Source of the DNA: a virus
Length of the DNA stretch: 64,000 nucleotides
Strand: one strand, 5' to 3'
IMG/VR virus record: IMGVR_UViG_3300026097_000015
Coordinates: 37,545-101,544 of that record
In this document: positions 37,306 through 47,309 of the stretch, piece after piece
Layout: every line of letters starts with the position of its first letter
How positions within the stretch are numbered: position 1 is the stretch's first letter
Made by a program: the position numbers and the translations under genes
Notes under the pieces: generated by a model
Seen by the model: the letters and a program-made list of their open reading frames with translations, nothing else
What the model was told of the DNA's origin: nothing
Database searches by the model: none

Positions 37306-38037
37306 ATGGCAATTAGCAAAAATATGGATTTTCCTAAAAGAAAGGCTAATTATGCAGACAAGGTTGCTCAGCAATCCATTACAAACACAGAAGCAGACTC
37401 TGGCAACTTTTTGCCAGTACCAGGTCCCCAGGGGCCAATGGGTCCAAAAGGAGACCGTGGACCAAAGGGTGAGCCAGGACAAAAAGGTCCAAAAGGTGAC
37501 AGCGGTGCTCCAGGTAAAAACGGTAAAGATGGCAAAGACGCAGATGACTTTGCACCTGTTTACGGACAGAAACCAGGCTGGGCAAAATACGTAAACGCTG
37601 CTCCAGATGACATTAAGCTAGGTGCCTCTCAAGGTGAAGACGGCTGGGTAAGTTTTTATATTGACCAACTTGATAAAAAAGAGACAACTGAAGAGTTCTT
37701 GCCAGAAAATGCAAATAGTTTGTACGGCACAAGTATTCGTAAGATTAACTTGCGAGAACTCAAGGTCGGTAGCCAGATTAGAATTAGCTATAATTTTGAA
37801 ATAACAACATTTGCAAACAATACCGAGATTTGGGCAAGATCTTTTTTTAAACAAACTGATAAAGAAATTGTAAGCTTTGTCGCAAATCTTAAATATCAAC
37901 ACACATACGACCTAACAGTTACACAAGATATTTATCTTGAAAGTGAAAAAGATCGGGGCACAGGATTAGTACCCCAGCTTCGTTCAGACATGGACGCATA
38001 TGCAAATCTTAAATCTATTACAATTTCAATTGTGTAA
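37306..38037 (+). CDS. Collagen-repeat virion protein
   Basis: (Gly-X-Y)n stretch GPQGPMGPKGDRGPKGE... Confidence 0.85.
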   Translation: MAISKNMDFPKRKANYADKVAQQSITNTEADSGNFLPVPGPQGPMGPKGDRGPKGEPGQKGPKGDSGAPGKNGKDGKDADDFAPVYGQKPGWAKYVNAAPDDIKLGASQGEDGWVSFYIDQLDKKETTEEFLPENANSLYGTSIRKINLRELKVGSQIRISYNFEITTFANNTEIWARSFFKQTDKEIVSFVANLKYQHTYDLTVTQDIYLESEKDRGTGLVPQLRSDMDAYANLKSITISIV

Positions 38038-38067
38038 CGTGCTATAATAATAGACGGAGGATAAAAA

Positions 38068-38430
38068 ATGAGCTTCCCAGCTACTTATAACTTTTCATAC
38101 TACAAGGGAGATACCTATAGCTTTTTGATCTATCCCAAAGATGCTAGTGGTGCGGCGTTTATTCTTTCGGGATATACCGCTGAATTTACGATTGCAGAAT
38201 CAAGGGGTAGTGACGGCGTTTCTTCCCAAATAGAAGCTTATTCAAACATTCCTACTGGAGAAAATTACATTGAATGCGTGATTAGGCCAACTGATGGTGC
38301 CCAGCTAGACCCTGACAAAGATTACGTATATGACGTAGAGATATTAAAAACTGGAGACAGCTTTAATTCTGTTTATACAGTGTTAACAGGAAATATCTCA
38401 ATTACCGATCAGGTGACAGGAGCCACATAA
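38068..38430 (+). CDS. Virion adaptor, Ig-like protein
   Basis: YKGDTY...YVYDVEI...VLTGNI. Confidence 0.7.
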   Translation: MSFPATYNFSYYKGDTYSFLIYPKDASGAAFILSGYTAEFTIAESRGSDGVSSQIEAYSNIPTGENYIECVIRPTDGAQLDPDKDYVYDVEILKTGDSFNSVYTVLTGNISITDQVTGAT

Positions 38431-39035
38431 TGGCTGATGTTCTTTTATCTACCGATGAAGTAACAGTTCTTGGCTCCCCCGCCTCACGAGATGTTGTTGA
38501 TAATAATGGGGTAATCCAAAATGCAGCAGAGCTAACCGTCGGTCCCCCAGGAAATAGGGGAAGTCGTATATTTGTTGGAGAAGGAAATCCAAACTTAGTA
38601 GATGTTGGTCAGGAGATTCTTCCATTTGATTTATACATTAATCTGCTTGCATCTGATTTAGAATACCTATACTTATATCAGTATTTTAATAGTGACGGTC
38701 AGCTTCAATGGAATAGAATTCTAAGACTAATCCCAAACACTTTTTTAACAACTCAGACCAAAGAATTTACTAACGGTCAGACTGTATTTTTTGTTCCTGT
38801 CGTAAATGTTGTACCGCTTTCAGAAATCGGCAATATCACAGAACAAAACTTTAATATTCAGCATACGGTTTTAAATGACAAACCAGTTGCATCTTCTATC
38901 ACAGCAGGAACACTTATAGTCCAAGAGGATCAGCTTGTATTGCCAATAACAATTAATGCTGCAGAGTTTGACGGCACTAGTTGGGCCTATTTATCATCTT
39001 TTAAAGCTGTTCAGCTATTCGTTACGATTGCATAG
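38430..39035 (+). CDS. Virion structural protein (paralogue of 39043)
   Basis: GPPGNRGSRIFVGEGNPN...RLIPN. Confidence 0.7.
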   Translation: MADVLLSTDEVTVLGSPASRDVVDNNGVIQNAAELTVGPPGNRGSRIFVGEGNPNLVDVGQEILPFDLYINLLASDLEYLYLYQYFNSDGQLQWNRILRLIPNTFLTTQTKEFTNGQTVFFVPVVNVVPLSEIGNITEQNFNIQHTVLNDKPVASSITAGTLIVQEDQLVLPITINAAEFDGTSWAYLSSFKAVQLFVTIA

Positions 39036-39042
39036 GTAAAAC

Positions 39043-39648
39043 ATGACTACTCCAGAATTTTATGGACCCAGCTCCACCTCTGTGGTGGTGGATAAGGGAA
39101 TAAGCGGAGTAAGAGGGAATAACGTTTTTGTCTCCCAGGGAGAACCAAACTCAAACCTATCAGGAGATTTTGTAGAAGGCGACTTGGCAATTGATATCTC
39201 CACTTCTAGTCCAACGTATCTGTTTGTATATAGATATGAAACTAGAATTGTAAATGAAAATGCCCTAACGGCATGGTACCTAAATTTGATAGATGATTCT
39301 GCCCAATCTATTGTAAGATTGATTCCTAATTCTGCAAGTCGCAATGCCAACACAACTTTCGTACAGGGACAGGCGTCGGTAACCGTGCAGATTGCTATAC
39401 CAGCAGCTTTTAGCAACGGTGGAAGTTTGACTGAAAGTTTAGATATTCAATACAGCATTGTAAATAATACAACTCAGTCTACAGATATTCAAAATCCTAT
39501 ATCTTCATTCTTTGCAGTTACAAACTCTACTATCGTAAATAACGTAGCAACTCTTGAGCTAGCCTTTTCTGCGGTAGAGCTAGATAGCGGACTTTGGATA
39601 CCATTGCAGGGACAAAAAACTATCCATTTAGTAATTACTGTGGTATAA
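39043..39648 (+). CDS. Virion structural protein (paralogue of 38430)
   Basis: GVRGNNVFVSQGEPN...RLIPN; same length (201 aa). Confidence 0.7.
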   Translation: MTTPEFYGPSSTSVVVDKGISGVRGNNVFVSQGEPNSNLSGDFVEGDLAIDISTSSPTYLFVYRYETRIVNENALTAWYLNLIDDSAQSIVRLIPNSASRNANTTFVQGQASVTVQIAIPAAFSNGGSLTESLDIQYSIVNNTTQSTDIQNPISSFFAVTNSTIVNNVATLELAFSAVELDSGLWIPLQGQKTIHLVITVV

Positions 39649-39667
39649 TCGAACTTGGTGATATTTT

Positions 39668-40294
39668 ATGGCTGCAGATGACATTGGTACGATTTATAAT
39701 ACGAAGATTCCAGGATTAGAGGATGTTGCTGATATTCAAGAGGCTCTGACCCTATATCATTATGGCTCCCTGACCTATAATACTGCTAATTCGGATGTAA
39801 ATCAGCTTCCAAACCCATCTCTTGCAAGACATATTAGCAATATACAGAGTCAAATAAACACTCTCGATCAAAAAAGAACGGCAGGGGATTTTTTACCCAC
39901 AGAGCCATCTGGAGTAGACGACGGGTACGTCTGGGTAGATTCTGACTCTGCTGGACCAGCAAACATAGTTTACTCAACAGCAGTTTATTCGAACACCCAG
40001 CCAACTGAAAATCTGGTAGACGGAGTTATTTGGATAGATAAATCCGAAACAGACAAAAAAAGTTATGTTTGGGATGCTGGATTAAATGATTGGGTAAGGA
40101 TTGATAGTTTTAACTCTGTAGTAACCACAAAGGGAGACCTTATAGCTACTGATGCCAATGGAGAACTCCAAAGGCTACCAGTTGGACAAGACGGGTTAGT
40201 TTTAACCGCAGATAGTACTGCAACAGATGGGATCTCCTGGTCTCAGCCATCAGGGGAAGCTCAGGAAATTTTAAATATTATGGGAGTATACTGA
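39668..40294 (+). CDS. Tail-fibre-like protein
   Basis: P..G..W.D repeats; TTKGDLI...RLPVG.DG.VLTADS...GISW module. Confidence 0.75.
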   Translation: MAADDIGTIYNTKIPGLEDVADIQEALTLYHYGSLTYNTANSDVNQLPNPSLARHISNIQSQINTLDQKRTAGDFLPTEPSGVDDGYVWVDSDSAGPANIVYSTAVYSNTQPTENLVDGVIWIDKSETDKKSYVWDAGLNDWVRIDSFNSVVTTKGDLIATDANGELQRLPVGQDGLVLTADSTATDGISWSQPSGEAQEILNIMGVY

Positions 40295-40312
40295 ACCGAG
40301 GTGAATAAATAA

Positions 40313-40615
40313 TTGGCTACTCAACAAAAGGTTTTATTTAGAGGAAATGTTCCACAAACTAACACCTCCGTATACTCTGTACCATCTTCAACTTCTGCAG
40401 TCGTAACACAAATAGTTATTTCCAATGGTACATCTGCAAGTGTTGCAGCTACCGTAAAATTAGGTGGATTTTCAGTTATTGATGGAACAGATTTAACATC
40501 AAACGATGCCTTTATATTAAATTTAAAACAGGTCATGAACGAGTTTGATGCAATTGAAATATCCGCAGCTCAAGCAGGACTTGAAATACACATAAGCGGT
40601 GTGGAGATTTCTTAA
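40313..40615 (+). CDS. Small beta-sandwich virion protein
   Basis: YSVPSS..AVV..I.ISN...HISGVEIS; homologous to the termini of 46074 and 47309. Confidence 0.7.
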   Translation: MATQQKVLFRGNVPQTNTSVYSVPSSTSAVVTQIVISNGTSASVAATVKLGGFSVIDGTDLTSNDAFILNLKQVMNEFDAIEISAAQAGLEIHISGVEIS

Positions 40616-41244
40616 TGGCTACCATCGACAACACGGGCAAGGTTGCCTATATGTATGATGAGCAAACGGATACATGGTACAGTTTGGCGGGTGTAGCAAA
40701 TCCTGCTGTTTCATACACATGGACTGGAACCAACACTTTTTCCAATACAGTTATATTTGAAGATGTTGTTAGATCCGAGGCGGGCATTAATAATTTTCAA
40801 AACCCATCCGCCAGAGATACGGCACTGCCCTCTCCAATTAATGGAATAGTTTGTTTTGTAAGACAAGATGCTCAGGGCTCTCAAATAAATCAGCTTCAAT
40901 ATTATTTTAACGGAGCGTGGAGGAATGCTTTTAGCAACATAGGGCTGTCGACTCAAACTTCAAACTATACGCTAGCTCAAAAAGATGCTGGAAGATCAGT
41001 AGTTATGAATATGTCGGTTCCAAATACAGTGACTATTCCTAACTTTACAGATGTACCCTTTTCCATAGGAGAGACCATAAATATAATTCAGCAGGGAATT
41101 GGACAAACAGAAATTGTAGCGGCGTCAGGAGTAACATTAAATAGTAGAAATGACAACAAAAAGCTTAACGCACAGTATAGTGCGGCAACTGTCGTAAATG
41201 TAGCTCAAAATAACTGGATTCTGATTGGGGACATCACTTTTTAG
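40615..41244 (+). CDS. Tail-fibre-like protein
   Basis: YTL...DAG...VTIP...F.IG..I.I.Q.G.G..QYS.AT...W.L.GD domain. Confidence 0.75.
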   Translation: MATIDNTGKVAYMYDEQTDTWYSLAGVANPAVSYTWTGTNTFSNTVIFEDVVRSEAGINNFQNPSARDTALPSPINGIVCFVRQDAQGSQINQLQYYFNGAWRNAFSNIGLSTQTSNYTLAQKDAGRSVVMNMSVPNTVTIPNFTDVPFSIGETINIIQQGIGQTEIVAASGVTLNSRNDNKKLNAQYSAATVVNVAQNNWILIGDITF

Positions 41245-41262
41245 TTGTGATATAATTTTAAT

Positions 41263-41673
41263 ATGGCAACCCTAAGAGGAAATTCTAGTTCTTATGATAT
41301 AGGAAATAATCCACCAGAGGTAAGATGGACCTTTGTTCGTGGAGATACCGCTGCATTCAGGGTATATGTGACAGACGACGAGCGTCAACCACTTACAATT
41401 TCTGATTGGAATATCCAGATGAAAATTAAACGTCCAATTATTGCTCAGGAAGACTTTACAATTACAGATGCTGCAACAACAATTTTAACTCTTAATCCAG
41501 AAGCAGATGAAAATGACGAAGCTGGAGAGTTTACGGTAAAAATTTCAGCAACTCAGTCAAAAATATTAGAAACTGGGGATATTTTTGATATTGAGCTGTC
41601 TTTGCCACAAGATCAGATTGTTTGGACAGTTGCCCAGGGTAGGGTGAGCGTTCTTGAGGACGTAACTGACTAA
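41263..41673 (+). CDS. Virion adaptor, Ig-like protein
   Basis: FVRGDTA...FDIEL...WTVAQG...EDVT. Confidence 0.7.
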   Translation: MATLRGNSSSYDIGNNPPEVRWTFVRGDTAAFRVYVTDDERQPLTISDWNIQMKIKRPIIAQEDFTITDAATTILTLNPEADENDEAGEFTVKISATQSKILETGDIFDIELSLPQDQIVWTVAQGRVSVLEDVTD

Positions 41674-41897
41674 TGGCAAGTGTAAGACTATCTAATAAAA
41701 ATCTTGTACAAACATCTTTAATTGCCAACAAAGCCTTTTCAATTACAAGGATTGAAGACAAATCTCCCAGGGTAGCTATTGAAGAAACAATACCCTTTAG
41801 AATTAAATTAACGAACATCACCGTTCCAGGCTATAGCTCCGCAAACATTCCAGGTATAGGCATACAGGTAATTGGCTTCAGCAATTATATTTTATAA
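41673..41897 (+). CDS. Small structural-module protein
   Basis: Coupled ORF. Confidence 0.65.
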   Translation: MASVRLSNKNLVQTSLIANKAFSITRIEDKSPRVAIEETIPFRIKLTNITVPGYSSANIPGIGIQVIGFSNYIL

Positions 41898-41928
41898 ATT
41901 TATTTAAAACTATCTTTATAATAGATAT

Positions 41929-42375
41929 ATGGCTAGAACAACTATACCTCTCGTAAAATCTTATTTTGAAACTGGTGATCGTCCTACTCAGGATGAATAC
42001 GCAGAACTCATTGACACTACCGCCGCTCAGTCTACAGACCTAGGCACCTTTGGTAATAATGAGAATACAATCACTGGCATTGAAAATGCCACGGTAGTTG
42101 ACAACTTCTCCGCTTCAGACTGGAGAATGGTTAAATACATTGTATCCCTATCTAAAACAAGCAATGGAGATAACAAATTCTACGCTACAGAGTTAACCAT
42201 ACTGGTTGATGGAACAGACATTTCTGTTTCTGAGTATGGAACAATAGACAACGATGGGAATATGGGCACCATTAGCGTCTCAGAGGCTGGAGGAACTGTT
42301 GCTTTGACAGTTACCCCAGATTCATTGATTAAGCCAATTACCGTGCGATACGCTCGCATCGGTTTGAAGGCCTAG
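41929..42375 (+). CDS. Virion protein; domain shared with C-terminus of 42399
   Basis: FETGDRPT..Y.ELID; KYIV...E...SEYG. Confidence 0.7.
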   Translation: MARTTIPLVKSYFETGDRPTQDEYAELIDTTAAQSTDLGTFGNNENTITGIENATVVDNFSASDWRMVKYIVSLSKTSNGDNKFYATELTILVDGTDISVSEYGTIDNDGNMGTISVSEAGGTVALTVTPDSLIKPITVRYARIGLKA

Positions 42376-42398
42376 ATATCTATAAGGAGATGAAATAA

Positions 42399-44054
42399 AT
42401 GGCAACAGTCAATAAAGACTTTAAGGTCAAGAATGGTCTAGTCGTTGAGGGTGCAAACGCATCTGTTAACGGATTTGACATTCTAACCAAAGCCACAGAT
42501 GACCAGAACTACATCATTGGATTGATTGGTGGTTCTGCTACATCTGCAAACACAGCTGACTCAGTTGTGCTTCGTGATGCAAATGGAGACTTTGCTGGTG
42601 GGACCATTACCGCAGAAACAGGCTTCACAGGAGACCTGACAGGAAACGTAACTGGTAACGTAACAGGAAACGTAACAGGCGACTTGACAGGTGATGTTAC
42701 AGGCAATGTAACAGGTAACCTAACAGGCAATGTAACTGGAAATGTGACTGGAGATGTTACAGGTGACGTAACAGGTAATCTAACTGGAAATCTTACAGGT
42801 GATGTTACAGGAGATGTAACTGGAACAGTTTCAGACATTTCTAATCACGACACAGGTGACCTGGCAGAAGGCACTAACCTTTACTTTACAGATCAAAGGG
42901 CTCTAGACGCTACTAACGCCGCTTATGACGCAGCTGGTTCAGCATCTACCGCAGAATCAAACGCTAACACCTACACCGATAACCTAATTGGTGACGGTAC
43001 AGTAGATGGAACAGCTGGAAACACTGTTAAGGATCGTATTGACACAGCAGTAGCTAATCTGGTTGACACAGCACCAACTGCTCTTGATACCCTTAACGAA
43101 TTAGCCGCAGCTCTAGGCGATGACGCAGACTTTGCCACTACCGTGTCTAACAACATTGGAACTAAGGTAAGTAAGGATGGCGATACCATGACTGGTTTGT
43201 TGACCCTGTCAGGTGCTCCATCAGATGATCTACACGCTGCAACTAAAAAGTATGTAGATGATGCAGTTTCGGGAGGAGTTGGAAGCATTGATTCAGATGA
43301 TGTGCCAGAAGGTACCAATAATCTTTACTTCACTGACGAGCGTGCACAGGATGCTCTAGCAGCCGCCATTGCAGCAGGTACACACGAGAACATCGTAATT
43401 ACCTATGATGACAATGCAAACTCAATTAGCTTTGTTGCTGAAAACGGTGTAGACGACTCAACCACTACAGATCTTGCTGAAGGAACAAACTTGTACTTCA
43501 CAGACGAAAGAGCACAGGATGCTATTGCAGCTGCTATTTCAGCGGGTACACAGACAAACATTGTAATTACATACAATGACGCAACCAACTCATTTGACTT
43601 TGTTGCTGAAAATGGTGTAGATGATTCAGACACTGACGATCTAACCGAAGGTAGCTCAAACCTATACTTCACAGACGCTCGTGCAGTATCTGCTCTTGAG
43701 GCTGTAGTTCCTAACTTTACCGAGGTAGACATCAATTCAGTTGCAACTCAGGTTGCTGCTACAGTTAACGTACCTACCGCTGGTATTGCAAACGCACACC
43801 AATTCACTCGTGCAGACTACGATTCAGCAGAGTACATCGTAAAGGTTGATGATGGAACACACACAGAGGTTTCGAAGATTCTTTTGACTCTTGACTCTTC
43901 AGACAACATCTCAATCACAGAGTACGGTATCGTAGGAACCAACGGTACATTAGGTACAGTTTCAGCTACTACAGATGGAACTAATGTAACTCTACAGGTA
44001 ACAACTGCAAACAATAACTCAGATGTTACTGTTGCAGGAACACTAATTAAATAA
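42399..44054 (+). CDS. Long fibre protein with G(N/D)(V/L)T tetrapeptide repeats and EGTNLYFTD repeats
   Basis: 12-bp tandem repeat at ~42630-42825; LDTLNELAAAL; internal ~55-aa duplication. Confidence 0.85.
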   Translation: MATVNKDFKVKNGLVVEGANASVNGFDILTKATDDQNYIIGLIGGSATSANTADSVVLRDANGDFAGGTITAETGFTGDLTGNVTGNVTGNVTGDLTGDVTGNVTGNLTGNVTGNVTGDVTGDVTGNLTGNLTGDVTGDVTGTVSDISNHDTGDLAEGTNLYFTDQRALDATNAAYDAAGSASTAESNANTYTDNLIGDGTVDGTAGNTVKDRIDTAVANLVDTAPTALDTLNELAAALGDDADFATTVSNNIGTKVSKDGDTMTGLLTLSGAPSDDLHAATKKYVDDAVSGGVGSIDSDDVPEGTNNLYFTDERAQDALAAAIAAGTHENIVITYDDNANSISFVAENGVDDSTTTDLAEGTNLYFTDERAQDAIAAAISAGTQTNIVITYNDATNSFDFVAENGVDDSDTDDLTEGSSNLYFTDARAVSALEAVVPNFTEVDINSVATQVAATVNVPTAGIANAHQFTRADYDSAEYIVKVDDGTHTEVSKILLTLDSSDNISITEYGIVGTNGTLGTVSATTDGTNVTLQVTTANNNSDVTVAGTLIK

Positions 44055-44082
44055 GACTATCAAGAAGAAGGAGCAGTAAGTA

Positions 44083-44541
44083 ATGGCAACATCAAACAAA
44101 GACTTTAAAGTCAAGAACGGGATACAGGTAGCTGGGGACGGTTCATTTGGAGGAACCCTTACCGCTGCTGCTCCTACTTCTGATAATCACTTAACAACTA
44201 AATCTTACGTCGACAACATCCTGGGCAGCCTGACTGTTCCAGTTGGCACAGCACCAGAAAGTCCAGAAGAGGGTCAGATATATTTTGATATATCAAGCGG
44301 CAGGCTTGCAGTATATTACAACTCCGCATGGATCGCAATTGCCACCGTAGCAGATGCAGAAGAGCTTCCAGATCACATTCACGATACCTCAATTGACGGC
44401 AACGGTCTGATAGTAACACGCTTTTATGATGCGGGCACAGCAGGAGATACTATAGCCGATTACGCAGACGCTGGCCTTGTATCAACTACCACCTGGGAAG
44501 CCACCTGGGATGGCGGAATAGCTACAGATAACTTTAACTAA
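44083..44541 (+). CDS. Short fibre-like protein
   Basis: Shares MATxNKDFKVKNG N-terminus with 42399. Confidence 0.7.
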   Translation: MATSNKDFKVKNGIQVAGDGSFGGTLTAAAPTSDNHLTTKSYVDNILGSLTVPVGTAPESPEEGQIYFDISSGRLAVYYNSAWIAIATVADAEELPDHIHDTSIDGNGLIVTRFYDAGTAGDTIADYADAGLVSTTTWEATWDGGIATDNFN

Positions 44542-44688
44542 AAGTATTTTTACAAAAATAATAAAAAACATAAAATTGTATCTCGCACTAACTAAAGCGA
44601 TCAAGTGTTATAATGTATTTATAGTCTAAATCCGAGGCAGGATTAGTCTGTTTATATTTATAAGTTTTTTGATTGGAGAGATTAGTCA

Positions 44689-45486
44689 GTGACACCATCT
44701 ATTAATTTGGGGATTTTATCTTCAGGTGCAAGATTTTTATTTACACCTCCAGAATACCAGTACACCAATCATATCTATACGACTGGAGCCAATTCGTCAG
44801 CTCAAACATTTTTGAGCAATCAAGGTTTAAACGGTGAAGATGCGGTAGTTAGATTAAATGAAACACCATACGTTGATGAAAGTCAGTCGCCGACAATAAA
44901 TCAATACAGTGAATTTTCTTTATCTGAAAATCAAGATGCATTGTTTCCATTACGTGATGATCATATAGCAAGTTGGACAATGTCTATTTGGGCCTCTAGG
45001 CCAGAAGTTGTTACAGATCCACTTTTCGACAAAGCAAGCTATGCATTTTATGCGACAGACCCTCACCCAGACTTTTCAGATTACATGCATGTCGGCCTGT
45101 TGTCAGCTTTAGATTCAAGCGGTCGTCACGTAGTTGGATTTGCACAGTTTAATACTCTTATCCCCTCAAATCCTTCATTTTGGCTCCCCCGAGGGCCCTA
45201 CTCAGCTAGCCTTTCATTTATACCTCAAGAACTTGACCGTTTATTCCAGCACCTTGTTATAACTTTTGATGAATCGTCTCTAGAACTGAAATTTTACCTT
45301 AACGGCCAACTTAGAACAACCCGTTCTGGAACTAATATAAGAATTAGTCAGGACGCAGACATAATTATAAACTCTGCCAACGGTCAAAGATCTGTAAAGG
45401 ATGCCAGACTATATCAAACCGTTTTAGATCAAGCTGAGATTGAAGCAATATATAATGACGGATACATCTCTCCACGCTATGATTGA
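44689..45486 (+). CDS. LamG/concanavalin-A-like domain protein
   Basis: WTMSIW, QHLVITFD...FYLNG, RLY..VL..AEI..IY. Confidence 0.75.
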   Translation: MTPSINLGILSSGARFLFTPPEYQYTNHIYTTGANSSAQTFLSNQGLNGEDAVVRLNETPYVDESQSPTINQYSEFSLSENQDALFPLRDDHIASWTMSIWASRPEVVTDPLFDKASYAFYATDPHPDFSDYMHVGLLSALDSSGRHVVGFAQFNTLIPSNPSFWLPRGPYSASLSFIPQELDRLFQHLVITFDESSLELKFYLNGQLRTTRSGTNIRISQDADIIINSANGQRSVKDARLYQTVLDQAEIEAIYNDGYISPRYD

Positions 45487-45637
45487 TGAATCATAAAAGC
45501 AAGAATATGCTCACGTCCAAAAATATTCTTTTGTAATAGATTGTGGCAACAAAAAATAATTTAATGCCAGAGTTTCATTAAAAACCTTATAGTAAAAAAA
45601 CCAGTTATAATATATTAAACACTTTTCAAGGAGCACA

Positions 45638-46072
45638 ATGGCAACCAGAATGCAACAAAGAAGGGGCACAGCCTCTCAATGGAATAACGCAGACCCAGTA
45701 TTAGCGGCTGGCGAAATTGGATTTGAAATTGATACCGTCAAATTTAAGATTGGTGACGGAATCAATGAGTGGTCATTGCTTGACTACTTCTCAGCTACCC
45801 CAGATTTGACAGGGTATGCTACCGAAACATACGTAGACAACGCTATAAATGGAGTGCTAGACAGTGCACCCGCCGCTCTTGATACCCTCAATGAGCTCGC
45901 TGCAGCACTGGGGGATGATGCAGATTTTAGCACTACTATTACTAATAGTATTGCAGCAAAAGCACCTCTAGATTCCCCCTCATTTACTGGAACAGTAAAT
46001 TTCTCAAATTCAACGGTACAGGGTATTGAAATCCCACAACCAATTCACCCATTCGTAATGTTAGGAGCATAA
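45638..46072 (+). CDS. Fibre protein with Mtd/hyaluronidase-type N-terminal domain
   Basis: MQQRRGTASQW...VLAAGEIGFE.DT.KFKIGDG; LDTLNELAAAL. Confidence 0.8.
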   Translation: MATRMQQRRGTASQWNNADPVLAAGEIGFEIDTVKFKIGDGINEWSLLDYFSATPDLTGYATETYVDNAINGVLDSAPAALDTLNELAAALGDDADFSTTITNSIAAKAPLDSPSFTGTVNFSNSTVQGIEIPQPIHPFVMLGA

Positions 46073-46073
46073 G

Positions 46074-47309
46074 GTGGCAGATAGTTATAAAATTTTAGCA
46101 CAAGATGTTGCATTGGGTTCAGCAGCTCAAAATAGATACCTCGCATTTGTGGATCAGAGCTCTTTCCCAGTCGTTGCGTACTCAACAAATTTGATTGAAT
46201 GGTCTATTTCATCTCTACCAGTATCCGCACACTGGGACAATACACTTTTTGTAGAAGGAAATTTTTACGCAATAGGAATTCAGGGTAGTGGTCAAGGGCC
46301 TGCCTCAATATATTCAACAGACGGAGTCAATTGGACACAGGGCAATATACCTTCTTCATCAATAGGGCAAGGTCTTGCGTATGGAAGCGGAAAGTTTGTC
46401 ACAACAGGTTATTACAATACTAACTTTGCATACTCTACAGATTTTATTACTTGGACTACAGGCACCATGCCATCGGTCACAGGCTCCCCAAACTGGCCAA
46501 CGATAATCTATGGTGAGGATAAGTTTGTTGCTATAAAAGAAAGTCAGACTACCTATTCCACGGATGGAATAAGCTGGAGCTCTAATGCAAGCTTGCCAGC
46601 CAGCATGCTTGACGTTGTGTATGGAGCAAATAATTTTGTTGCAGTGGGATCCACAAATGCAGCTTATTCTACTGACGGAATAAGCTGGTCTAACTCAACA
46701 ATTCCCGTAAGTGTAAGTTCCGTTACTTATGGTAATGAAAGGTTTGTTGCGATTGGTTCGGGCACCCTAGCCGCCTACTCCACAGACGGAGCAACCTGGG
46801 TCTCATCCTCTATACCAAATCAATCATGGGAAGACATTTCTTTTGGAGATGGCAAGTTTTTTGCAGTTTCTGAGCCCAATTTTAATTTAGAATACGCTGT
46901 TATTGCCTACTCAACTGACGGAATTACATGGACAGAGCAAGCCTTGCCAGCAGAAGAAAGCTTCTTTTCCAATTACTATTATCGAAATGTGGCTTATGGA
47001 AATCCAGTACTGCCTACTGCACAAACACAATATACAGTTCCATCATCAAATCAAGCCGCAATTTCTGCAATCTCTGTTATTAATAATGATACTACTTCCC
47101 ACACTTATTCTGTAGGGATTGTAAAGGCGTCAGATACTGGAACGCTTGGCATCTCAAATACTCAAACAATTATCCCAACTAAAACAATAGCTGCTGGAGA
47201 AATTGATGAAATTGTCGGGGGTATTACATTATCAGCAGGAGATCAAATTAGAACAAATTCTGATTCTACTGACTTAACAGTACACATTTACGGAACGGAG
47301 ATATCATAA
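46074..47309 (+). CDS. Seven-bladed Asp-box/BNR beta-propeller inside a beta-sandwich carrier
   Basis: Seven YSTDG.xW repeats. Confidence 0.8.
   Translation: MADSYKILAQDVALGSAAQNRYLAFVDQSSFPVVAYSTNLIEWSISSLPVSAHWDNTLFVEGNFYAIGIQGSGQGPASIYSTDGVNWTQGNIPSSSIGQGLAYGSGKFVTTGYYNTNFAYSTDFITWTTGTMPSVTGSPNWPTIIYGEDKFVAIKESQTTYSTDGISWSSNASLPASMLDVVYGANNFVAVGSTNAAYSTDGISWSNSTIPVSVSSVTYGNERFVAIGSGTLAAYSTDGATWVSSSIPNQSWEDISFGDGKFFAVSEPNFNLEYAVIAYSTDGITWTEQALPAEESFFSNYYYRNVAYGNPVLPTAQTQYTVPSSNQAAISAISVINNDTTSHTYSVGIVKASDTGTLGISNTQTIIPTKTIAAGEIDEIVGGITLSAGDQIRTNSDSTDLTVHIYGTEIS

Noticed and set aside
42509-44014. Long antisense ORFs over the fibre gene (similar ones over nrdE and the protease)
   Set aside because: Shadow frames caused by codon bias and repeats; no RBS or promoter support
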